The position numbers and the translations under genes are program-made. The notes beneath the pieces are model-generated. The model was not told where the DNA came from and did no database searches. It saw only the letters and a list, made by a program, of their open reading frames with translations. From a virus (taxonomy: Duplodnaviria > Caudoviricetes): 64,000 nucleotides of DNA. Shown here in pieces: positions 39,036-47,978 of the stretch; positions within the stretch are counted from its first letter, which is position 1; each line of letters starts with the position of its first letter. Location: IMG/VR virus record IMGVR_UViG_3300024493_000235, positions 64,001 through 128,000 of that record; one strand, given 5' to 3'.

Positions 39036-39654
39036 TTTTGCTCCATCTTTCTTTTCGGTATTTAATAGCTTCTAAGTGTTCGGGTATTATAATACTTGAT
39101 GTATTATAACATATGAGCACCTCGATTCTTGGGTTAACTGAGTAATATTTGCTGGTGACATTTGTCACTACTTGTGAGTCATCATAAATTAAGAACTCTT
39201 TAACTGTGTCAAAAACAATCTTTTCCATGTTGTCATTATCAAACCTTCTGTATGCTGGACGCAGAATTTTTGCTTCACATAAATATCGTTTTTCTCTTGA
39301 AAAAAATTGTGGTGTTTTGATATAGTAGTTAAAATGAAGAATCACTTCTTCATACCTTGGGAATGAGCCATCTAAAAATGGGGAGCTTCCTAGCTGTTCT
39401 GTTATCATAGCCCTTAACATTTTTACAGTTTTCTCTTTATCAGGCACATAGATTCTCCATAATTTAGGATTAATGCGAATAGGTTTATACGGATGAGGAT
39501 CAATATTAAGTACAAATGGAATAAAAAACAAAGACGCAGGATTTGCATAAGATGCGTATTTTTCATTTATATTTTTAACCTGTGTTTCAGTTAATTTACA
39601 ATCCCGCATAACCTTTTGAATGTATATGGAATTATCAAAGAAGTTATCCATCAT
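38986..39654 (-). CDS. rusA: RusA-like Holliday junction resolvase
   Basis: DNDNMEKIVFD...IYDDSQVV...PRIEV. Confidence 0.8.
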   Translation of the reverse strand: MMDNFFDNSIYIQKVMRDCKLTETQVKNINEKYASYANPASLFFIPFVLNIDPHPYKPIRINPKLWRIYVPDKEKTVKMLRAMITEQLGSSPFLDGSFPRYEEVILHFNYYIKTPQFFSREKRYLCEAKILRPAYRRFDNDNMEKIVFDTVKEFLIYDDSQVVTNVTSKYYSVNPRIEVLICYNTSSIIIPEHLEAIKYRKERWSKNETGKDSTADDTDQEE

Positions 39655-41351
39655 TGAAAAAAGTCCCTCACTCCTGTGACTATGCGAGCAGGAATTCCTA
39701 ATAATGGATTACTCGCAACTCCAGCTATCCAAGTGCGAGGATCAAAAAATCTTTGAAATTTAAACTTTGCAGCTTTCCATGCGTTTTGCCATCTTGAAGA
39801 TAATGTACTCGATGCAAAAGCGTCAACTCCGCCTAATACGTTTAAGTAATCACGAAGCATACTGTTTTTATTAAAGAACGTTCTTCCAGCCCATTTATGA
39901 CTCATTGACATAACAAGGGTTCCGAATAAATCCTTTACAGTGAGGGTTATTTCAACAGTACGAGCTAACCTGCTTATTGTCCAATCGTTTGTATCGGATC
40001 CTCTTTTTATGGAAACACTTGTTATCATCCCCATATCACAACTAAACCACCCTTTTGAATACATACGTATTAACGGAGGAGATGAATAAACAGAAGAATC
40101 GGATTGACGCGGCATAATAAAACCCAATATACACGCTATAGGAAAGAGTATATTTTCAATGTAACAATTAGGTTCCCCATTTGGAGCGTGAAGTTTTATT
40201 TGTATTGTAATATTTTTTGAATATGTGGATTCTTTCCATATTTCCGGGAATAAAAGATTTCCGCCAGATTTGATAACAGATTCCGCAGTTCCAGAAAGAG
40301 TTCCTGCAATACCGCCTAGTGCATTCGCAGCACCAGAAAGTGAAAAACCTTTTCCGTCATGAGCATCATTTGTTAAAAACAATACTTCTTTTGCTTGATC
40401 TGATATTCCTTTTGCTTTTTCAGCCGCAGCCGATTGCCCTGTTGTGTTATCAAAAGAATCTCCGGCATCAGTAGATTTCTCAACACGGAACGGGATGAAC
40501 GAAGGTTTTGAAAGATAATTGCTTTTATTGTTATTCATGGCATCCGCAAAATCCCAGAAACCGTAATACCTTGAAAACATTGTAAGATAATCATTTACGG
40601 TATTAAATAATCCTTCACCATAAGCTGTAGCTGGAATATCAATATGCATACGCACCATAAGTTCATTTAATATGCCAGAGACATACATACGATATGTTTT
40701 AAAGTCTGGTTGAAAATCGTAGAATTTCATTGGACCTGATTTTCCGTCTGTCTGTATGGTCGTAGAATCTTCTGTGAGTTCAGTTAAAAAATCTTCTAGT
40801 GTAAAAGTTTGTACACCAAGTTCAGAATCACTTTCAAAGTTTTTTTCTAATATAGCAGTCCTTAAATGATCGGCGTCACTTCCTGAAATACCACCTGTAA
40901 GTCCACCGAATAAAGTTTGAGTTAACCCAAAGAATTTCGGTTTTCCAGGCTGAATAAAAACAATTGGATTATTAGGTCTTATTCTTTTATTATACACTCT
41001 TCCGTAATATGGAGCGGCAATACCGGCAGTTCTCGGATCGGCTAACATGTTGTATTGCCATAACGGATTGAGAATTCCTCTTTCTCCAAGTTTAAGAGAA
41101 GTTAAATCCGGCTTTCCTTCCCCTTTGGCTCCTTCACCTGGAAACGGAATATCTGTAGATATATTATATCCTGACGGGTCCATTCCTAATGCGAAAGGAG
41201 ATGCAAAAAATACCGCATTGCTAGCGGATAAAGGTTCTGTATCTTCAAGAGATTCTTCGTGCCATTTTTTTGATGTGGGAATACCCATAGTATATTTACT
41301 TTCTATATCGTCTTTGTCTTCTTCTTTAATCCCGTGCCATAAAAGATACAT
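39651..41351 (-). CDS. putative baseplate/tail-tube-like virion protein
   Basis: FPEIWKESTYS, YSSPPLIR, GMITSVSIKRG pattern; late promoter 41377-41388. Confidence 0.55.
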   Translation of the reverse strand: MYLLWHGIKEEDKDDIESKYTMGIPTSKKWHEESLEDTEPLSASNAVFFASPFALGMDPSGYNISTDIPFPGEGAKGEGKPDLTSLKLGERGILNPLWQYNMLADPRTAGIAAPYYGRVYNKRIRPNNPIVFIQPGKPKFFGLTQTLFGGLTGGISGSDADHLRTAILEKNFESDSELGVQTFTLEDFLTELTEDSTTIQTDGKSGPMKFYDFQPDFKTYRMYVSGILNELMVRMHIDIPATAYGEGLFNTVNDYLTMFSRYYGFWDFADAMNNNKSNYLSKPSFIPFRVEKSTDAGDSFDNTTGQSAAAEKAKGISDQAKEVLFLTNDAHDGKGFSLSGAANALGGIAGTLSGTAESVIKSGGNLLFPEIWKESTYSKNITIQIKLHAPNGEPNCYIENILFPIACILGFIMPRQSDSSVYSSPPLIRMYSKGWFSCDMGMITSVSIKRGSDTNDWTISRLARTVEITLTVKDLFGTLVMSMSHKWAGRTFFNKNSMLRDYLNVLGGVDAFASSTLSSRWQNAWKAAKFKFQRFFDPRTWIAGVASNPLLGIPARIVTGVRDFFQ

Positions 41352-41440
41352 AGAATCTCCTTAATAAGGATAAGATTACTACAATGTTTTTCGCTCATTA
41401 TTTTACAAAAAATCGAGGGCGAAACCGCCCTCGATATACG

Positions 41441-42103
41441 TTACATAACACCTGTTGAAGCTATTGAAGCTCCACCTTGATCGATAAGGGCCAACCTACT
41501 TTGAATTGAAGCGAGATAATTCATTGTCTCTGATGTAAGGTTCTTGAAGTCTATCGACTTCAAATCCTGAATCAACGGACGAATTGATTCCAGTTGTTTT
41601 ATCTCTCCGAAGAACCCAAAAGCTACGTCAACAGCGCTTCTCATCATTTCAAGTTCATTTTCAGAGACATTTGTGATATCTGTCCAGTCGATAATAATTT
41701 CAGGAAAATCGATTTTACATCGTTCCTGAAGTCTTCGTATGATGCTAGACATTTGTTCTACAGGTTTTCCAGCTCTTCCTTGTAAAGCGATAATATCCAA
41801 TCTGTATATCACTTTTCTTTGGAGATGCACAGTTTTGGAATGATCGAGAATTTGATCCCAGAGTATGACATTCATAAATTCAGGAGAATCTCCCTGAATC
41901 GAACTGCATACGTAAAAGAGCGTTTTTTCATGATCGACTATATCATTAGGCGGAGCGTATCCTTGAGCTAGTATATCGATATTCATAAGTTGGGAAGCAA
42001 CTTTGTAATTGTTTACAGCATCGATATTTACCCTATATACTTTTCCACGCAAGTCAACTAAGGACAGTTGATCTCCAACTGAGTATTTAGCGTCATCGTA
42101 CAT
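41441..42103 (-). CDS. late hypothetical protein
   Basis: 220 aa with AAGGAG RBS. Confidence 0.7.
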   Translation of the reverse strand: MYDDAKYSVGDQLSLVDLRGKVYRVNIDAVNNYKVASQLMNIDILAQGYAPPNDIVDHEKTLFYVCSSIQGDSPEFMNVILWDQILDHSKTVHLQRKVIYRLDIIALQGRAGKPVEQMSSIIRRLQERCKIDFPEIIIDWTDITNVSENELEMMRSAVDVAFGFFGEIKQLESIRPLIQDLKSIDFKNLTSETMNYLASIQSRLALIDQGGASIASTGVM

Positions 42104-42113
42104 ACGTTTCTCC

Positions 42114-43385
42114 TTATCCGTATTTTGTGATACAACCGGCTATGTACAAAAAAATACTTTTTCTAAAAGCAGATCTTGTAGCTGGTCGATTGAGTTTTAA
42201 AAACTGACTTCCATAAGCCACCACAATATCATCCAAGTTTTGTTTCAACTCTTCCAAAAGAGGATCTATCGTATTCGAAATACGATACATTTTTATGCAG
42301 TATATCATAAAGTATTTGCTTTTGACATACTCGACTTTATTCTTCGGATTCTTCAAAAATATCTGAAGTATCTTTATGATGATATTTTGAATCGCCTTTG
42401 TCTCTTTTTGAAAAATCATTTCCAGAGTGTTGCAAATTGTCTCACTCGATATTTTGCAAGTAGTGGCCGCATCACGAAGTATAGCTTTATCAACAGGTGT
42501 TGATTTTATTTTATTGTACACTTTTTGAGTGAGATCTGTTATTATACTGGAAAGATTATCAAGTGGCTTCATTGTTTGTGTGCCATCGTCTCCCTGATAC
42601 CAATCGCTGCTTTCTCCAAGATATTTCTGTTTTTCAACGTTCTTTCTATACTCGTTAAAAACGTTACGAAGAAAGTTGTTAATACGCATAGAAAGGTTTG
42701 TAATGTACGTTTTCATGTTGTGGTCTGTGTGGCTTTTGTACAATCTTAAACCTAAGTTAGAATCGTTATCGGATGATATGTATTTCAATACGCCAAGAAT
42801 TGTACTTTCTTTTCGTAAAAGATATTTCTCTGTCATATTATTTATAGTGTATTCCATGATGTCTTTATTTGCATCGTATTTCCACAGATGTTGCTGTCTT
42901 GACGAATAAAACCGTAATGCCATGAAAAGAGAAGAATAATTGACACATTCTCTTGCTAATTCTTTTGAAGGATAATCCCTGTACATTAAGTTCAGCATTG
43001 TTAAAAGAAAAAATAAAGGATTTCCAAGAGTTATAAATGTGTCAGATAAAAGCGGAGATTTTTTCATAATGCTTTTAACTTCACTTTTTATTAACCCAAA
43101 CATATTAAACAATGGATCTGAATCCTTTTGTTCTATAAACCAAAGCTTTTTATATGGGCCGGATATTAAAAGGGATTCGGCGTTTTTATCGATATACGTA
43201 GCACAGTGCGTTAAAAACGGTTTTGCTAAATCCATTATTTTCGGTTTAAATAATGCATATAAGCCATCGTATATTATCGTATTTTTAAGCGGATCTGTAT
43301 CTTCAAAATTGATAGACTCCCAGTCTGCAAAATCTTCACTTTCAAACTGGATTGTGGGGTTTTCTTCAAACTCGATCATATCCAT
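42114..43385 (-). CDS. late hypothetical (probably virion) protein
   Basis: 423 aa with acidic x-F-E N-terminus; late promoter 43400-43411. Confidence 0.65.
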   Translation of the reverse strand: MDMIEFEENPTIQFESEDFADWESINFEDTDPLKNTIIYDGLYALFKPKIMDLAKPFLTHCATYIDKNAESLLISGPYKKLWFIEQKDSDPLFNMFGLIKSEVKSIMKKSPLLSDTFITLGNPLFFLLTMLNLMYRDYPSKELARECVNYSSLFMALRFYSSRQQHLWKYDANKDIMEYTINNMTEKYLLRKESTILGVLKYISSDNDSNLGLRLYKSHTDHNMKTYITNLSMRINNFLRNVFNEYRKNVEKQKYLGESSDWYQGDDGTQTMKPLDNLSSIITDLTQKVYNKIKSTPVDKAILRDAATTCKISSETICNTLEMIFQKETKAIQNIIIKILQIFLKNPKNKVEYVKSKYFMIYCIKMYRISNTIDPLLEELKQNLDDIVVAYGSQFLKLNRPATRSAFRKSIFLYIAGCITKYG

Positions 43386-43503
43386 AAAAGTACCTCACTT
43401 ATAACGATGTTTCCACCATATCAAATTCAAGAAATGAAATGTTTTTATGTTATTTTTTTTCATAGTTCAGAAACTAAAATATATTTAACTATATATCATT
43501 ATT

Positions 43504-43582
43504 GTAAGAAATATAAGATAAGATTGCAAGGATCTAGGATCGTTGATCCGTGTCCTGTGACGAAACTTATATACTAAAAAGG
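43504..43582 (+). ncRNA. structured leader motif, copy 5
   Basis: ATATAAG...AGGA-TCTA-GGATC-GTT-GATCC-GTG-TCCT...CTTATAT. Confidence 0.6.
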
Positions 43583-43590
43583 ACAGTATT

Positions 43591-44991
43591 ATGAAAGTAG
43601 TGATTTGGTACCATAAAGCCGACTTTGACGGCTATCTGTCAGCGTATCTTTTGCACAAATACTTCACAACAGATTGTGAAGAAAGCCCGTTCCTGCCAAA
43701 ATTCAAAGATGCGGAAAAATTTGTCTATGTTCCGTATAATTATACGGATTCGATACGTGATAGTATCGAATTTGTCGCATCGGACGATGTGCTTATTTTC
43801 GCAGATGTCCTTCCGTATTCAAGGAAGGATCAGGCCACTATTCTGGATATCGCGCAAGGCCAGAATAAAGGAAACGTATATCTTTTTGATCATCACGTAA
43901 GCGCGGTTAATTACCTTAATGCTCCTGAGAATAAAAAGATTCTCAGTGATAGAGAGGTTCATGATAACTGTGTCGTCGGAATGTCTTCTTCAATGCTTTT
44001 GTACATTTCACTATATCTTCTTACAAACACTTCGCAAGTTCTCAAAAAGGCAAGCGACGCGTGTATTGAAGAGGTGCTTCCGATAAAAGAAAAAGCGGCA
44101 AAAGAATACGCCAAGAAATTTCCAAACAACTCAAACCCAACTTTTAACGACCTCTACGAACTTATGAGTCCGGAAGAAAAAATCATTGCTGACGATTCCA
44201 CAATGATTTGCAACGACATCATCGACGTGCAGAAAACCGCCAGCAGCATGTATGCAATCATGAAGAAGTATCCGAAGTGGTTTGGAATGTATGGCAACGG
44301 CGTTACGATGTGGCTCGTATGGCTTATAAACCATCACGATGTGTATGATCGTGACGACAAACAATTCTTCAATAATGCCGTCGAGCCGTTCCAGTTTTTC
44401 TTGAGGTCGAGAGTTACGCCGAAACCTGATTTTTGGAATCCGGACATGTCTCTTGCCGACGCAGTGTTTTCTCAGTTTGAAGGTAAGAGTGGGATTTACA
44501 ATACGGAAGAGGGAATAAAAACCGGCGTTGACCTTCGTGAAGATTTAAGAGTTCGCAACCTTAAAGTATTCCAAGCTACCGGCTTTGCTGGATTGTTATG
44601 GGTGCCCGAATATAACAACACTATTATTCCAACGGTATTCGCTCAGGACATTCTCAATAACTCTTCAATCTTTGAAGACGCCGAAGACGCAAAGAAATTC
44701 AACAACAACGGCATTAAGCTCTGGGTTATCGAAACCTATTCTTTACGGCTCAATTCTTACAAGATTACGATGTACTCAAGAACAGCAGATTGCAACGGCG
44801 CAGAATTATGTACAGTGCTTGAAGGCGGCGGACATGAAGGCGCTGCCGGATGCCAGCCTAAGTATTCTTGTACCGGAAAAGTCATATTTTGCGACGAGCA
44901 TCCTCATTTTGCAGGTTCGACGATTGTGGCATTAAGTAATAAACCAATTGATTGGTCAAGGCTTGAAGGCACCAAAATCGAACCTGTATAA
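43591..44991 (+). CDS. DHH-family phosphoesterase
   Basis: YHKADFDG, FAD, FDHH, GGGHEGAAG. Confidence 0.85.
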   Translation: MKVVIWYHKADFDGYLSAYLLHKYFTTDCEESPFLPKFKDAEKFVYVPYNYTDSIRDSIEFVASDDVLIFADVLPYSRKDQATILDIAQGQNKGNVYLFDHHVSAVNYLNAPENKKILSDREVHDNCVVGMSSSMLLYISLYLLTNTSQVLKKASDACIEEVLPIKEKAAKEYAKKFPNNSNPTFNDLYELMSPEEKIIADDSTMICNDIIDVQKTASSMYAIMKKYPKWFGMYGNGVTMWLVWLINHHDVYDRDDKQFFNNAVEPFQFFLRSRVTPKPDFWNPDMSLADAVFSQFEGKSGIYNTEEGIKTGVDLREDLRVRNLKVFQATGFAGLLWVPEYNNTIIPTVFAQDILNNSSIFEDAEDAKKFNNNGIKLWVIETYSLRLNSYKITMYSRTADCNGAELCTVLEGGGHEGAAGCQPKYSCTGKVIFCDEHPHFAGSTIVALSNKPIDWSRLEGTKIEPV

Positions 44992-45141
44992 CCGTTAATT
45001 CACGGGGCGAAATCCCCGTGAATTAAATTCTTTTTTGGGTATATATAATTTTAGTAAGCCGAAAGGCGCTCTTGGATCATACACAAAACCGACATTAGCT
45101 TTGGGGTATGTAATTTTTGTATCGTATTTGGAGGACAATAT

Positions 45142-45450
45142 ATGTGTTTTTTAAGTCGAAAAGAAATTGTTGGAGTAATAATAACTCTTGTTGTATTAAT
45201 CGGACTTGTTTTGTTCATGTACGGTTATACAAAAGGGGTTTTTATTTCTGAATCTATGTATGAAATGATTCAAAAACATGACACTGAGTTACGGCAAAGT
45301 AACATCGAATATGATGTCGTGCATGCCATTCTTAAAATAAAATACGGATCATTTACGTATGACCAGTATATATACAAATGGGATCGTGACAGAAAGCAGC
45401 AATATTTACAAAAAGCACAATTATACTTACAAACGGAGGGTAATCAATGA
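45142..45450 (+). CDS. membrane-anchored hypothetical protein
   Basis: N-terminal transmembrane segment; GGAGG RBS. Confidence 0.7.
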   Translation: MCFLSRKEIVGVIITLVVLIGLVLFMYGYTKGVFISESMYEMIQKHDTELRQSNIEYDVVHAILKIKYGSFTYDQYIYKWDRDRKQQYLQKAQLYLQTEGNQ

Positions 45451-46178
45451 AACATCCTACGATTAAATGCGGCATTTTTGTTGAACCGTTTCGTCCAAAA
45501 AATCTTGGACTTAGCGTCGAAGAAGATGTGATTAAATATCATATGTCCAGAGAGGAAGCGACAGAACTTGCAAGACAAACAAGCGATTTTGCCGAACTAA
45601 ATGATTACAATGTTGACGGAAGTACACAGTTCGTCGAATTGCGAACGTTCGATTTGTTTAAGCCGCTACAACCAAAAGTTGTAAAAAGTGAAGATCCTAT
45701 GGATGACATCAACGATTTTGCTTTAAACGGTATTACAGCAAAAAGTAAGATACGTCATGGTATACCGCCTATGACATCAAGAATTATATACAGCGGATTT
45801 CCAAAGTATTTTCCAATAGCTATGGTGCAAAATCAAAAAGAAGGAGATATTCTAAAATTTAAATGCATGCTTGCAAAATATAAGTTCAATTCGGAAACTA
45901 TCTCCATATCCGAAACGTACAAAAAGGGCATACATTTAAAAGAGCAGTATAACAATCCATGCTTTTTCGGTTACAGACTCGTATATTTTAAATGCCTTTG
46001 TTACCAAGCCGCTTGTGCAAGAGAACCTTACACTGTTAAAGAAATTCACAGAACTGAAGATTCTACTAATCCTGTATCAGGAGAAATACAAAGCGGACAA
46101 GCGTTTACAAAAAGTTTTCCATGGAATCATCAAATGTTTCAAGTGGCTTTAAAAGCCTGCTACGACTTAAAGTATTAA
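45447..46178 (+). CDS. hypothetical protein
   Basis: ATGA overlap with the upstream gene. Confidence 0.7.
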   Translation: MKHPTIKCGIFVEPFRPKNLGLSVEEDVIKYHMSREEATELARQTSDFAELNDYNVDGSTQFVELRTFDLFKPLQPKVVKSEDPMDDINDFALNGITAKSKIRHGIPPMTSRIIYSGFPKYFPIAMVQNQKEGDILKFKCMLAKYKFNSETISISETYKKGIHLKEQYNNPCFFGYRLVYFKCLCYQAACAREPYTVKEIHRTEDSTNPVSGEIQSGQAFTKSFPWNHQMFQVALKACYDLKY

Positions 46179-46214
46179 AACACTTCGGGGCCATTTGGCC
46201 CCGAAGATGTATTT

Positions 46215-47951
46215 TTATGCAGCAATCTTGCCTATGAACTCTCTAAACATTCTTCTCACACTCGTGTTTTGGAAATCCAAGAACCTAAGAGTATGAAACG
46301 TTTCGAGAGTTGTAAGGTATATTGTCGCTTCTTGCACAACCTGTTCTCCTGGAATTTTTGTAATGGCAACTTCCGGAGTGTATCCTTCCATTGTGAATCT
46401 TTCTTTGTACCTGGTTCCTATATTAAGAACCAGATTATCAAAAATTGTACGGGCACTTTCTGTTGTCGTTACTTTTCCTTGAATGGCCTTATTTATTTCA
46501 AACGAAATATTTTTTGTAAGGTCATCCATTTTCTGTAACGTATCGCTGTATTTTTTATTCGACGAATCGGAAATTGTTCGAAGAGCATCGGCAGCAGATT
46601 TACTATTTGCTTGTAATGTCGCCATTTCATCTAAGTTGCCAGAACTTACGGCATCAACAAGCTGCAGTGAAATCTTTTCGTGAATCTTTTCAAACTTCTC
46701 ACTTCCTGTATTAAACGTATGGTTGTTAGCTTGTGCGAAAGATGACGCATCTTCGATTTCTTCTGCAATGGTAAGAGGTGTTTTTACACCTTGTTCTCCT
46801 CCGTCTGTTGTACCATCGCTTTCCGTTGTGGGCTTAGTACTACTCTCGACATCAGACTGCTTTTCTGTGGTTCCGTCTGTTGCTGTCGAAGCCCCTTCTT
46901 CCTTTTTGAGTTCTTCTCCAGTTTCTCCTGCATTTCCTGAATCGCCTTCTTTCTTTCCTGCGAGCTCTTCTTTACCTTCTCCAGGGTTTCCGCCAGTTCC
47001 TTCCGTCCCCGCGCTGGTGTCGGCTGAGGCTCCTGGCTCTGTTCCACTTCCGGCTCCTGCGTCGGCTTCGGTTTTTTGCTCTTCGCCATTTGCATCTCCT
47101 TGATCTTTATTGAGGGGATCCGCCTTTGTAGAAGATTCGATTTCTTCTTTTGCACTTGCGATTTTTTGTGCAGTTTGTTTATACTTCTCGATTTCCCCTG
47201 AAACCTTGTTTTTTATCTTTTCGATAATGTCGAGGTTTTCTAGTACAATAGTTGCGGCATAAGCTGAAAATTGGGTATTGAGTCTGTCGTTTTGAACAGA
47301 AACTAAACTCACTTCTTCTTGCACATAGGTGTTTATCTTCGCAATTTCAAGTCCGCATTCTTTTGTGACTGTATCATAGTCAAACCTTTCTGCAGCTTCT
47401 AATGATGCAACTTCTTTAGCTTCTTCGGCTAAGTCCTGAATAAAGCTTGGAAATTTGTAATCCTTACTTTCAAAGTTGCAGACAGGTTTTAGCTTCGAAT
47501 AGATGTCATAAGCCATTTCGGCTATATAAGCTTTTATCGGTTCTTTACTGCGAATTTCATCCGGTATAGGACAAGCCTCGGTTATAATAATAGAGATAGT
47601 TTCCATGATAAGTCTGTCCCCAAGAACTTCTTCAAAAGCATATTTCGCCGTTCGAAGATATTTTTCCACTTCCGGCCGTGTCGAAAACTTGTTTTCAACT
47701 GTAACCGGAATATTACCGATACTATCTCTCGTTTTAACAGAACCTGGAAAGAATGTGGCTTCTTGTTTTACAAGATTTTTTGAATTGATGTCTGCTAAAG
47801 CGTTGTTGTGTTTTTCAAGTGCGAGCTTTCGTTGTTGAATTACCTCTGCTGGTAATTCTTTTTTAGATTCAGTAGTTACAGGTTTATGACTTAAAAAGTT
47901 ATTTCCTATTACAACTCCTGATTTCTTCGAAACACCATCGAATAAACCCAT
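46215..47951 (-). CDS. putative virion/head protein with acidic G/E/T linker
   Basis: 578 aa, last gene of a late operon. Confidence 0.6.
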   Translation of the reverse strand: MGLFDGVSKKSGVVIGNNFLSHKPVTTESKKELPAEVIQQRKLALEKHNNALADINSKNLVKQEATFFPGSVKTRDSIGNIPVTVENKFSTRPEVEKYLRTAKYAFEEVLGDRLIMETISIIITEACPIPDEIRSKEPIKAYIAEMAYDIYSKLKPVCNFESKDYKFPSFIQDLAEEAKEVASLEAAERFDYDTVTKECGLEIAKINTYVQEEVSLVSVQNDRLNTQFSAYAATIVLENLDIIEKIKNKVSGEIEKYKQTAQKIASAKEEIESSTKADPLNKDQGDANGEEQKTEADAGAGSGTEPGASADTSAGTEGTGGNPGEGKEELAGKKEGDSGNAGETGEELKKEEGASTATDGTTEKQSDVESSTKPTTESDGTTDGGEQGVKTPLTIAEEIEDASSFAQANNHTFNTGSEKFEKIHEKISLQLVDAVSSGNLDEMATLQANSKSAADALRTISDSSNKKYSDTLQKMDDLTKNISFEINKAIQGKVTTTESARTIFDNLVLNIGTRYKERFTMEGYTPEVAITKIPGEQVVQEATIYLTTLETFHTLRFLDFQNTSVRRMFREFIGKIAA

Positions 47952-47978
47952 GGTTTATATCCTCCTTAAGCGTAAAAG

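Noticed and set aside
5746-43582. Leader motif as an integron attC site or CRISPR repeat
   Set aside because: Copies are dispersed without spacers, lie 5' of genes, lack the RYYYAAC...GTTRRRY order, and no integrase or cas gene is seen
45050-45130. Known riboswitch or tRNA in the leader with GCC-GAAA-GGC and CATAC...GTATG stems
   Set aside because: Single copy, matching no consensus I recognise; no tRNA cloverleaf was identified here or elsewhere in the window
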